Both the position numbers and the translations under genes were made by a program. The notes under the pieces are model-generated. The model was not told where the DNA came from. It did no database searches and saw only the letters and a list, made by a program, of their open reading frames with translations. Positions 56,594-64,000 of a stretch of DNA of 64,000 nt are shown in pieces; the first letter of the stretch is position 1; each line of letters begins with the position of its first letter. Source of the stretch: a virus (taxonomy: Duplodnaviria; Caudoviricetes); IMG/VR virus record IMGVR_UViG_3300032319_000936, positions 64,001 through 128,000 of that record; one strand, 5' to 3'.

Positions 56594-57040
56594 TTATAAA
56601 TTTCTAGACTCCTTAAGTTTGACAAATTCCCCGAATTTCTTAACTAGCTTCTTCTTTCTTTTGCTAGCAGCAGATGTTCCAACAGTTAGGCTGTCGAACT
56701 TATCGCCGGAGCCGGATAAGCTAGGATTATAGAATCCAGCATTAGTTCCACCGTTCTGGGGTGTAGCAGGATTTCCCATGCCTGGTGTAGCACCTAAAGT
56801 TGCTAAAGGAGCTGCCATACCTCCGTCCTCGTTTACTTGCATAGAGTAACCACACTCGTTTAGGTATTCATTTAACTGATCACAGGTAACACAATATCTG
56901 CTTTCATTTAACCAATTGTTCGTGCATTCCATAATACAAGCTTCGTCGCAAGATCCTAATTTTTCATTAACAAGATCAGCGTTCTTTTTCATGCAGACCA
57001 ATTCTCTGCCTTCTGTTGTTTTACCCGTTGGATAGTACAT
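56594..57040 (-). CDS. putative virion protein
   Basis: Multiple LNE/VNE motifs, C-terminal VKKFGEF. Confidence 0.6.
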   Translation of the reverse strand: MYYPTGKTTEGRELVCMKKNADLVNEKLGSCDEACIMECTNNWLNESRYCVTCDQLNEYLNECGYSMQVNEDGGMAAPLATLGATPGMGNPATPQNGGTNAGFYNPSLSGSGDKFDSLTVGTSAASKRKKKLVKKFGEFVKLKESRNL

Positions 57041-57041
57041 T

Positions 57042-57269
57042 TTAATTCAGTATGTTTTTTATATTTCTTTCGAATATCCTTATCACGTTTCCAGTTTCAT
57101 CTTTGGTAACATAGCCTATGATATCGTTATATGTATCGTAGATCGGTGAGCTTATTAGAAGCTTTCTCCCGTGATTATCAACGATCCATTTATTTAGGAT
57201 CTTACTTTCCTTCTTTGGACCCATTCTATAGTCCTGGTAGTTGCTATCTGGAGCACCGCAATCACACAT
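57042..57269 (-). CDS. hypothetical protein
   Basis: 75-aa ORF. Confidence 0.6.
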   Translation of the reverse strand: MCDCGAPDSNYQDYRMGPKKESKILNKWIVDNHGRKLLISSPIYDTYNDIIGYVTKDETGNVIRIFERNIKNILN

Positions 57270-57271
57270 AA

Positions 57272-57628
57272 TTATTCCTTATCTTTATCGTCAAATGACA
57301 CGCCAACTCTAATCGGTATACCATATTTATCAAAAGTTGTTTTTATATGGCCTACTGTTATCTTAACTTTGGTCTCTTTTTCTTTTATCTTTTCCAGACC
57401 ATTTACTCTAATGACTATCTTTTCAAAGTCATCAAGGATCTTCTTATCAACCTTCTTCTCTAACCAATCCCAAGGGTTTTCGTCAGGTATCCAGCTGCCT
57501 TGTGGTATAGAAGCAGCTACCCCTATTAGGACGTAAACGTCTATCCACACCCACTCAACACTGCCGCCGCTCCAAACTAGAGAGTCTCTATCGTCATTCC
57601 ACGGTAAATAGTATTTATTATCTGGCAT
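57272..57628 (-). CDS. hypothetical protein
   Basis: 118-aa Trp-rich ORF. Confidence 0.6.
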   Translation of the reverse strand: MPDNKYYLPWNDDRDSLVWSGGSVEWVWIDVYVLIGVAASIPQGSWIPDENPWDWLEKKVDKKILDDFEKIVIRVNGLEKIKEKETKVKITVGHIKTTFDKYGIPIRVGVSFDDKDKE

Positions 57629-57735
57629 GTTATTATAATTCTTCTAAATTATCACCGCCTGCCTGTGATATCTTGTGTATAGTGTGACATTAACTGCATG
57701 CTATAACACAGAAGATATATTTGGGATAAAAATTA

Positions 57736-57882
57736 TTATCTTGGTCCCTCAGGTTTTTGCTCCTCTGTGGTTTGTTCCCTAACAATCTGATTAAAGAAAT
57801 CAATAAGGGGTAAGCCATACTTAACTGGCATTTCTTGAATGAAAGCGTCTAACTGCTTTAAGTGTTCTTCGGTTAAGTTCAT
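57736..57882 (-). CDS. small hypothetical protein (tail-fibre module)
   Basis: Manual translation MNLTEEHLKQLDAFIQEMPVKYGLPL..., 48 aa, not in the ORF track. Confidence 0.55.
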   Translation of the reverse strand: MNLTEEHLKQLDAFIQEMPVKYGLPLIDFFNQIVREQTTEEQKPEGPR

Positions 57883-57885
57883 ATC

Positions 57886-58134
57886 TTATTTTATAATTGT
57901 TACTCCTATTGCATTCGCTACGCACTCAGTCACCCGCGAATTGTCCTCACCCCACGCTTCAAATTCAGCTGTGCTTAAAGTGTAGTTACCATTGCTTAGA
58001 ACCTTGCCTTCGGTCTTTAGTTCATAATAGGTAGTGCAAGTAGTTGCGCTTGTTTCAAAATTGAGAATGAGTACACTCATCTCTGTTGCTGTTCCTGCAT
58101 TTAAAGGAAAGACTATTGGTTGTATTTTAGCCAT
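57886..58134 (-). CDS. small tail-fibre-associated protein
   Basis: 82-aa ORF in the fibre module. Confidence 0.6.
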   Translation of the reverse strand: MAKIQPIVFPLNAGTATEMSVLILNFETSATTCTTYYELKTEGKVLSNGNYTLSTAEFEAWGEDNSRVTECVANAIGVTIIK

Positions 58135-58327
58135 TTTGTTGTTGTAATAATTCCCAAATAATGTATGCTTCAGGTGCTGTATCGTACCATTGCCACCCGT
58201 CTATTGGCTCTCTGTTACCATCTCTTTCGAGTGTGTATGTTGCAGCGTAAACGAAGTGAGGGCCGTAGAACCAACCCTCTTCTGTCTGCTTGTAAAATCC
58301 ACTTGTATCTTCCATAATATTATCCAA
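58127..58327 (-). CDS. small tail-fibre-associated protein
   Basis: TSGFYK...PIDGWQWYD, follows the BspA-like gene. Confidence 0.6.
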   Translation of the reverse strand: MDNIMEDTSGFYKQTEEGWFYGPHFVYAATYTLERDGNREPIDGWQWYDTAPEAYIIWELLQQQNG

Positions 58328-59681
58328 CTATTACCCAGTTTTTACCTGTTGCTATTGCTCTTTCTCCTGCTGTTAATGCACTCGCTCCCCAGTTACCGGT
58401 TATCGTTATTGTCGCACTTGTTGTTGCTGTTCTGTCTACTAAATTATTAAACACTTCAACAAGTGCTGTTCGTGAAAGTTGGCAGTTTAAAAGGCTTACT
58501 GTTCTTGCAAAAACCATAGGGCATCTATCCAAAGAAAAGTTGTTTTGAAAAATTGCTCCAAAATCCGTTCCGCTTGTTGTGGTAATTGATGTGGTAGAAA
58601 GTGCTGGAATAGAATTTACTGAACTACAACTCAAAAACATACCACTCATATTATTTACAAGAGCTGTATTTAACAATGGTATTGATTGAAGTGAAGTACA
58701 ACCACTAAACATAGATGAAATATTAGTAACTGCAGACGTGTTAAACAATGGTATTGTTACTAATGATGAACAGTTTTGAAACATAGATGACATATTAGTA
58801 ACTAACCCAGTATTAAACAATGGTACACTTTTTAATGATGAGCAACCTAAAAACATAGATGAAATATTAGTAACTGCAGACGTGTTAAACAATGGGATAG
58901 ATTTTAATGAAGCACAGCCATTAAACATAGATGACATATTTGTTACAGCAGATGTAATAAATAACGGCACTGATTGTAAAGAAAAACATTGAGTAAACAT
59001 TTGGCTCATATTTGTTACAGCAGATGTAATAAATAACGGCACTGATTGTAAAGAAAAACATTGAGAAAACATTTGGCTCATATTTGTAACTGCAGAAGTA
59101 TTAAATAATGGTACTGATTGTAATGAGGAAAACTGAAAGAATAAATTTGGTAATGAATTACATCCTCCAATAGTTTTTATATCAAATCTCTCGCAATATG
59201 AATGTCTTATTATTGTGCTTCCTAATACTATGCTTGTGCTAACACTTGCATTAGGCATTGATAAAATACAATCTAAAAAACCCGATGCGTATGCAGTAGT
59301 TTGAATTGGTGAAGTTACATAAGCTCTCTGTAAATCAATGATTCGAAGTAATCCACTTACTGGAGTAACAACAATCATTGCTTGTTTGTAACCTCTACTC
59401 GTTAATGTAGCATTGCTAACAGTTGCGTAGTCGTATTGATATTGCGCAACCGTTCCGCTATTATGAAGCGTTACCGTTCCGTCTCCCCAGTCTACTTGAT
59501 ATTGTCCTGCACTTGTTGTAAATAGAAAAGCTGCAAAGTTCTGCCCTTCAGGAAAGACAGCGTAAAGCCCTACAAATGTATCGTTGGCTGCTGTTACTGT
59601 TGGCATAGCTAGCCAGTCCGAAGGTCTAACCCATTCTGTATTACCGCTTGAAATCGGCAAACTAAAACTTCCTACTGCCAT
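58320..59681 (-). CDS. BspA/DUF285 leucine-rich-repeat surface or fibre protein
   Basis: WVRPSDW, VDWGDG, about 8 x 24-aa repeats (LxSVPLFNTSAVTNMSxMFxxC). Confidence 0.85.
   Translation of the reverse strand: MAVGSFSLPISSGNTEWVRPSDWLAMPTVTAANDTFVGLYAVFPEGQNFAAFLFTTSAGQYQVDWGDGTVTLHNSGTVAQYQYDYATVSNATLTSRGYKQAMIVVTPVSGLLRIIDLQRAYVTSPIQTTAYASGFLDCILSMPNASVSTSIVLGSTIIRHSYCERFDIKTIGGCNSLPNLFFQFSSLQSVPLFNTSAVTNMSQMFSQCFSLQSVPLFITSAVTNMSQMFTQCFSLQSVPLFITSAVTNMSSMFNGCASLKSIPLFNTSAVTNISSMFLGCSSLKSVPLFNTGLVTNMSSMFQNCSSLVTIPLFNTSAVTNISSMFSGCTSLQSIPLLNTALVNNMSGMFLSCSSVNSIPALSTTSITTTSGTDFGAIFQNNFSLDRCPMVFARTVSLLNCQLSRTALVEVFNNLVDRTATTSATITITGNWGASALTAGERAIATGKNWVIVG
58935..59086. repeat. near-perfect 72-bp tandem duplication within the LRR array
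   Basis: Units starting at 58935 and 59007 differ by one base; 72-bp period continues over about 58600-59160. Confidence 0.85.
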
Positions 59682-61048
59682 TAGTTAAAGATGTTAAATG
59701 TTACTGTTATATCTGCGCTTGGCAAGTTCGTTGCGTATAGCTTAACACTTCCTGCGCTGCTCAATGTCGCAGGCAATACTTGCGCTGCTTGTACTATTGC
59801 TATTGTGCTGTTAGCGGGTATAACGTCAACAATGCTTGTGCTTAAAATTGCTACGTTTGAATAGTTGTATTCGTATAAACCACTAACCAAACTCCAACTC
59901 GCAGCCGTTAACGTTACAGGTGTAACTTGTAACACGGTTAACCCTGTCGCAATCGTGAATGTTCTGTTGGCTGATAAGTCTTGCGTTGTGCCGTTAATCG
60001 TGAGCGTTCGCGTTTCGGGAACTGGAGTAAATCCTAACGCGTTTTGCTTGCCGTTGAAAGTGGTCCAATCAGTAGAACTTAATGCGCCTCTATTCGTTGC
60101 GCTTGCCGTTGGTATATTCAGTGTTATTACAGGTGTTGTTGTACCCGTTGCAACAGTGCTTGTGATATTTGTTCCTGTAGTACCTATAGTCAATGCCGCT
60201 ACGCTTGTAACCGTTCCCGTAACTATATTTACGTTACTGTAAAGAGATGTGCCATTTACTGTAGCTAATGTAGGATTTTGAGGAAAAGTTATATAACAAT
60301 TTGCATTTGTAAAAGAGGAAGGCGTTGTTGCAAGGTATCCTCCTACTGATATTATACAATAAGTTCCATAGTCAACCGCATAGCCAGCAGTAGTAAAAAC
60401 ACAATATTCACCTGCTTGATTTCTAATAATAATAGAATTACCCCCAACCAGATTATTTATGAAATAATTGTTCATAAGAGTAATGCCATCACTAGTGGTG
60501 TAGGAAATCCTCATTTCATATGGGTCACCTTCAGAGTACATGACATATACTTCTCCTGCACCTGGAACAACAGGGGAAGATGCTATAAATAGCCCATAAT
60601 TGAAACCGCCAAATTTACCATTAAATTTATTCCAATCTGCTGAGGATAGTGCACCTCTATTAACTGAGCTTGCTGTTGGTACATTAAGAGTGATAACTGG
60701 AGTAGTTGTGCTATTGGCGACCGTACTTGTCAAATCTGAACCGGTTGTTCCAATAGTCAAGGCAGCAACACTTACTACTGAACCTGGTCCAGTTGGGCCA
60801 GTTGGTCCAGCTACACCTTGAGGCCCAGTCGTTCCAGTAACACCTTGAGGTCCAGTTGGTCCGGCTACACCTTGAGGTCCAGTTGGCCCCGATGGACCCG
60901 CAGCACCTGTTACCCCACCACCACCTCCTATAAAGACCGGATCTCCTAGACCATTGAAATAGTTACCAAATCCATCCGTTTGTAGGATGTTCTGGTAAGT
61001 GAATGATATCTTCTGGTCTGTAAGGTTGTATGCTGGATTGTTTGGCAT
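59681..61048 (-). CDS. collagen-repeat tail fibre protein
   Basis: (GxY)n stretch, Thr-rich, internal 53-aa repeat at 60614-60772 and 60047-60205. Confidence 0.75.
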   Translation of the reverse strand: MPNNPAYNLTDQKISFTYQNILQTDGFGNYFNGLGDPVFIGGGGGVTGAAGPSGPTGPQGVAGPTGPQGVTGTTGPQGVAGPTGPTGPGSVVSVAALTIGTTGSDLTSTVANSTTTPVITLNVPTASSVNRGALSSADWNKFNGKFGGFNYGLFIASSPVVPGAGEVYVMYSEGDPYEMRISYTTSDGITLMNNYFINNLVGGNSIIIRNQAGEYCVFTTAGYAVDYGTYCIISVGGYLATTPSSFTNANCYITFPQNPTLATVNGTSLYSNVNIVTGTVTSVAALTIGTTGTNITSTVATGTTTPVITLNIPTASATNRGALSSTDWTTFNGKQNALGFTPVPETRTLTINGTTQDLSANRTFTIATGLTVLQVTPVTLTAASWSLVSGLYEYNYSNVAILSTSIVDVIPANSTIAIVQAAQVLPATLSSAGSVKLYATNLPSADITVTFNIFN

Positions 61049-61059
61049 TTAAGCTGCAT

Positions 61060-61932
61060 TTAAGATTTACCCTTTATTTGTACTCTAACTTTCTTGGATT
61101 CCTCCACCCTAAATGCATTTTCCCATGGAGAAAATACAACATCGTCGACAACAACTTCTAAAGTAGCTCTTCCAGTTGTCCCCTGTGGGAGAACGACTAG
61201 TTTCTTAATTGGTATAATGCAAGTGCCATCCCTCTTTATTTTTCCATAGAACACTAGGTTCCAGGTATCAGTAATCAGTATTAATCTAGCGGTAGCTGTG
61301 CTTATGGTGCCCTCGATAGTCACTTTACACTCGAATACCTCGTCTCTGTCCCTATAGAAAGAATAATATTTAGAAATTGGCTCCACCGGAAGCTTTTCTG
61401 GTCTTGGCTTTAGCCCAATACCCTCAGTGTTTTGGAATCTTTCTATTCTTTGTTTTTCCGGAGAAGGATCTGGTTTTTTAAATTTTCCAGATCTCAAAAC
61501 CTGCTGGAATGGGGTTAGTATCTCTTCTTCCTCAGCATCCTCTAACTCATCAGGTTCTATAAAATCTATGTATTTCTCAGATGGGTCCTGGAAAGTGAAA
61601 TTACCGCCTTCTAATTCTTCCTCGTCTTCAATCCCACAGATACATTCAGACTCATCCATTTGACACTCGTTGCAAACAGGCTTAGGAGCTGGTCTTTTTT
61701 CCTTCCTTGGCGAATTCACATTTCTGTCTACCTCGGATATCTCCTCGAGTGAGGGTATTTCCATTTTACCAAAAGAATCAGTCGGAACGTTTTTATTTAT
61801 TTGAGAGGATTCTTCCTGTGGTGGTTGTGCTTCTATGAATCTTGCTCCCAAGGTAGATCTAATCAAATCCTCTACGGACCCGTGTGTTCTCACTTGAGAA
61901 CCACCAAACATATTATTCTGGAAGATATTCAA
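61060..61932 (-). CDS. hypothetical protein
   Basis: Acidic N-terminal part, beta-rich C-terminal domain. Confidence 0.65.
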   Translation of the reverse strand: MNIFQNNMFGGSQVRTHGSVEDLIRSTLGARFIEAQPPQEESSQINKNVPTDSFGKMEIPSLEEISEVDRNVNSPRKEKRPAPKPVCNECQMDESECICGIEDEEELEGGNFTFQDPSEKYIDFIEPDELEDAEEEEILTPFQQVLRSGKFKKPDPSPEKQRIERFQNTEGIGLKPRPEKLPVEPISKYYSFYRDRDEVFECKVTIEGTISTATARLILITDTWNLVFYGKIKRDGTCIIPIKKLVVLPQGTTGRATLEVVVDDVVFSPWENAFRVEESKKVRVQIKGKS

Positions 61933-61943
61933 CTGCTCTCTAG

Positions 61944-62357
61944 TTATTTATAATCACCTTTCTCTTCTTTTCTCTCAAGGTAACCTATTAGGTACTTGAT
62001 ACCTTTTATATAATCCCTACTTCTTATAAAAGGTTTTGCAAATTTCTTAATGTCATTTCCGCTTCCCTCCGGTTGCTCAGCTGACTTTGGGGGATTGTAT
62101 CTTCTCACAGTTCCGGACGGGTGTATGGTGTAGAAAGGAAAATCGTGACCCTTATCCTTAGCATGCCTTCTAGTCCTGATAAACTTCAAGGTGTTATTAA
62201 GCTCCTGTTGATCTGATGTGATCTCCTCAAACCCCATTCTGAGAAGCTCCTTGTAAGCAGGACTTCTTCTAGCAGAATTAAGGTTTAGCTCTCTCCTTAA
62301 TTCGGATTTGTATTCATCCGCTGGATCGTAATCTGAAAAAGAAAGTACGTTTTTCAC
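61944..62357 (-). CDS. putative virion/head protein
   Basis: KNVLSFSDY tag, GTG start. Confidence 0.6.
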   Translation of the reverse strand: MKNVLSFSDYDPADEYKSELRRELNLNSARRSPAYKELLRMGFEEITSDQQELNNTLKFIRTRRHAKDKGHDFPFYTIHPSGTVRRYNPPKSAEQPEGSGNDIKKFAKPFIRSRDYIKGIKYLIGYLERKEEKGDYK

Positions 62358-62472
62358 TTTTGTTTATTATTATTTTCCTTTATATGTTTCCAATTCTAAT
62401 TGACCACTCGATGCTAATGTCTGTACTTTAGCAACCATATTAGCGAGACGGGTAAGTGATGAAATTGCGGGA

Positions 62473-62883
62473 CTATCGGTTTATATTTTCATTTACCCAG
62501 TCTCTATAATCTTTTAGATTCTGTAAATTCTTTTTACCTTTCTTTTTCTTCTTTACATCCGGATCCAAGTAAGGAACTACTGGACCAGGACCGCTTGGAG
62601 AAAATTCTTCCGCACCGGTAACATTAACAAGTGGAACTATCGCTGTCTTTCCTCCGACTGCTAATTCACCTTTTTCGTTAACTTCGTCCTCTTTTACGTA
62701 ATGTGGAAGATTCTTTGTCTTGGTTGATGCAAAATCTTCTAATTGTTTCTTGGTCATTTTTTTAGCTAGTGCTAAAATTTCAGACTTGTACTTTGGGTTC
62801 AAATCTGATGGCTTAAGCTCTCCGGTCTTAATACCATAAGCAGACCCCATTAACCTTTGTTGGGCTTGACTTTGTGCTGGCAT
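62473..62883 (-). CDS. DUF3008-like protein
   Basis: MPAQSQAQQRLMG...MTKKQLEDFAST...LP. Confidence 0.7.
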   Translation of the reverse strand: MPAQSQAQQRLMGSAYGIKTGELKPSDLNPKYKSEILALAKKMTKKQLEDFASTKTKNLPHYVKEDEVNEKGELAVGGKTAIVPLVNVTGAEEFSPSGPGPVVPYLDPDVKKKKKGKKNLQNLKDYRDWVNENINR

Positions 62884-62933
62884 ATTAAAAATATTTTTTT
62901 ATTGGTATAGGCTATATATCAAAAAGGAAAGGC

Positions 62934-63161
62934 TTATAAATATAAGCCCTTCTTTTTCTTTTCCCACTCCTTCTGAGTGATTGGTTTGGAAGACAAGGTC
63001 CAGTTTGTATCCGGATTTATTATCTTCTTCTTTTTCTTTTTCCAATCAGAAAAAGTCCAGAGGAATCTATTGTATCCCTTCCCAACCGTCTCGAAGCCCT
63101 TGTCACCTGGTTGTATTGCAATAAGTGATTGCGGGGGTGCATAAAAAGATGTTTCAGCCAT
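62934..63161 (-). CDS. small basic hypothetical protein
   Basis: 75-aa ORF. Confidence 0.6.
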   Translation of the reverse strand: MAETSFYAPPQSLIAIQPGDKGFETVGKGYNRFLWTFSDWKKKKKKIINPDTNWTLSSKPITQKEWEKKKKGLYL

Positions 63162-63183
63162 TTAATTAAATCAATTTTTCTTT

Positions 63184-63390
63184 CTAATTTACGACTGCTT
63201 CGATCCTTGTTTTTGCGATCTGCACAGTCTCAAAAGACATCATAGTGCCTTTCATATATTCAGCAACTTTAGTCTCCGCTTCAATAACGGATTCTGCTGC
63301 TACTAAAAATTCAGATTTTCTAACAACCGGTTCGCCCTTTCTGCTAACTTCACCAGTTTCAAAATTTACTTTTGCTAAGTAGTAACTCAT
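63184..63390 (-). CDS. DUF4494-like protein (Bacteroidota family)
   Basis: YYLAKV...EFLVAAESVIEAETKV...IAKTRI. Confidence 0.7.
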   Translation of the reverse strand: MSYYLAKVNFETGEVSRKGEPVVRKSEFLVAAESVIEAETKVAEYMKGTMMSFETVQIAKTRIEAVVN

Positions 63391-63429
63391 TTTAATTTGT
63401 TTTAGATTGTTTATATATTCACTTTAAAT

Positions 63430-63458
63430 AAAAATGGGACCTTAAAGATCCCATTTTT
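63430..63458 (-). terminator. intrinsic terminator
   Basis: AAAAATGGGA...TCCCATTTTT inverted repeat. Confidence 0.6.
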
Positions 63459-63476
63459 AATAATTTGTCCTAGAGA

Positions 63477-63653
63477 TTAGGCAGCGTTCTTTTTATCTTG
63501 AACTTCCACTCTCAGATCTTGAGCTAATTTCTTAAGATCCTGCATAGCTTGTCTAACTCTTGTTCCTGCGCTTGAATTCCCTTTGCTGTAGAATTTTTCA
63601 ACGTCGCCTTGTACTCCTTCAAGAAGAGCTTTGATTTGTTCGAATTTCTCCAT
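63477..63653 (-). CDS. histone H1-like (Hc1-type) small DNA-binding protein
   Basis: Manual translation MEKFEQIKALLEGVQGDVEKFYSKGNSSAGTRVRQAMQDLKKLAQDLRVEVQDKKNAA, 58 aa, not in the ORF track. Confidence 0.8.
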   Translation of the reverse strand: MEKFEQIKALLEGVQGDVEKFYSKGNSSAGTRVRQAMQDLKKLAQDLRVEVQDKKNAA

Positions 63654-63706
63654 TGTTTTTTAATTTATTTATTAGTTTATATGAAAATTATCTAAAAAGG
63701 TTTCGA

Positions 63707-63940
63707 TTATCTAGAGATTAAAATTGAATTTTTATCAACTCCTTCCTGTACGCTCCAATCTTCTCCCAAGTATGAAATAACTATGGATTTCATAAATTCC
63801 ATATATGTTCCTTCACCTGAGAAAACTAGATTATCCTGTATCTCGTCGTAAATCTTGGATACTTTAGCATTATACTCCAGGTAATCCAAAATACATTTAG
63901 AAACGGTCTCGAATAGTCTAGACACATCGCTTTCCTCCAT
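63707..63940 (-). CDS. hypothetical protein
   Basis: 77-aa ORF. Confidence 0.55.
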   Translation of the reverse strand: MEESDVSRLFETVSKCILDYLEYNAKVSKIYDEIQDNLVFSGEGTYMEFMKSIVISYLGEDWSVQEGVDKNSILISR

Positions 63941-64000
63941 TTTAAACTCCGCAGATGTCGCGGGAGGTAAATCAGCTTTGCTTACCGCTATATCCTCTAT

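Noticed and set aside
58600-59160. Diversity-generating retroelement template/variable repeat
   Set aside because: Repeats are in-frame tandem LRR units; no separate template repeat and no reverse transcriptase in the window.

Overview
A 64-kb, AT-rich, densely coding segment (mostly minus strand, standard genetic code) of a large T4-like/jumbo bacteriophage that probably infects Bacteroidota. Host clues: TAnnTTTG promoters, a T9SS C-terminal-domain protein, DUF4494, an Hc1-like protein and a Bacteroidota-type ECF sigma factor. The window carries RNA-repair genes, a tmRNA, nucleotide-metabolism and replication genes, chaperones (DnaK, DnaJ), glycosyltransferases, an endolysin and a tail-fibre/BspA module. 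Main observations: (1) Essential genes are heavily fragmented. NrdA is in three pieces joined by two split inteins, one with Gly at +1 and a free-standing endonuclease between its halves. Topoisomerase II B is split by a third split intein. DNA polymerase B is in two genes 20 kb apart. There are two cis inteins and a group I intron in dnaK. (2) A TROVE/vWA-like DUF2828 gene is followed by two covarying small stem-loop RNAs, one carrying a tRNA-Gly-like anticodon loop, and then the tmRNA: a candidate Ro/Y-like RNP system. (3) A likely cytosine-modification pathway: a dCMP-type thymidylate synthase homolog, a gp56-like dCTPase and an MBD4-like glycosylase. (4) A T4-CTS-like N-terminal tag on about 10 proteins, including Adk and RimK. 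(5) Two recurrent promoter motifs. All family assignments come from motif recognition by eye; no database search was run.
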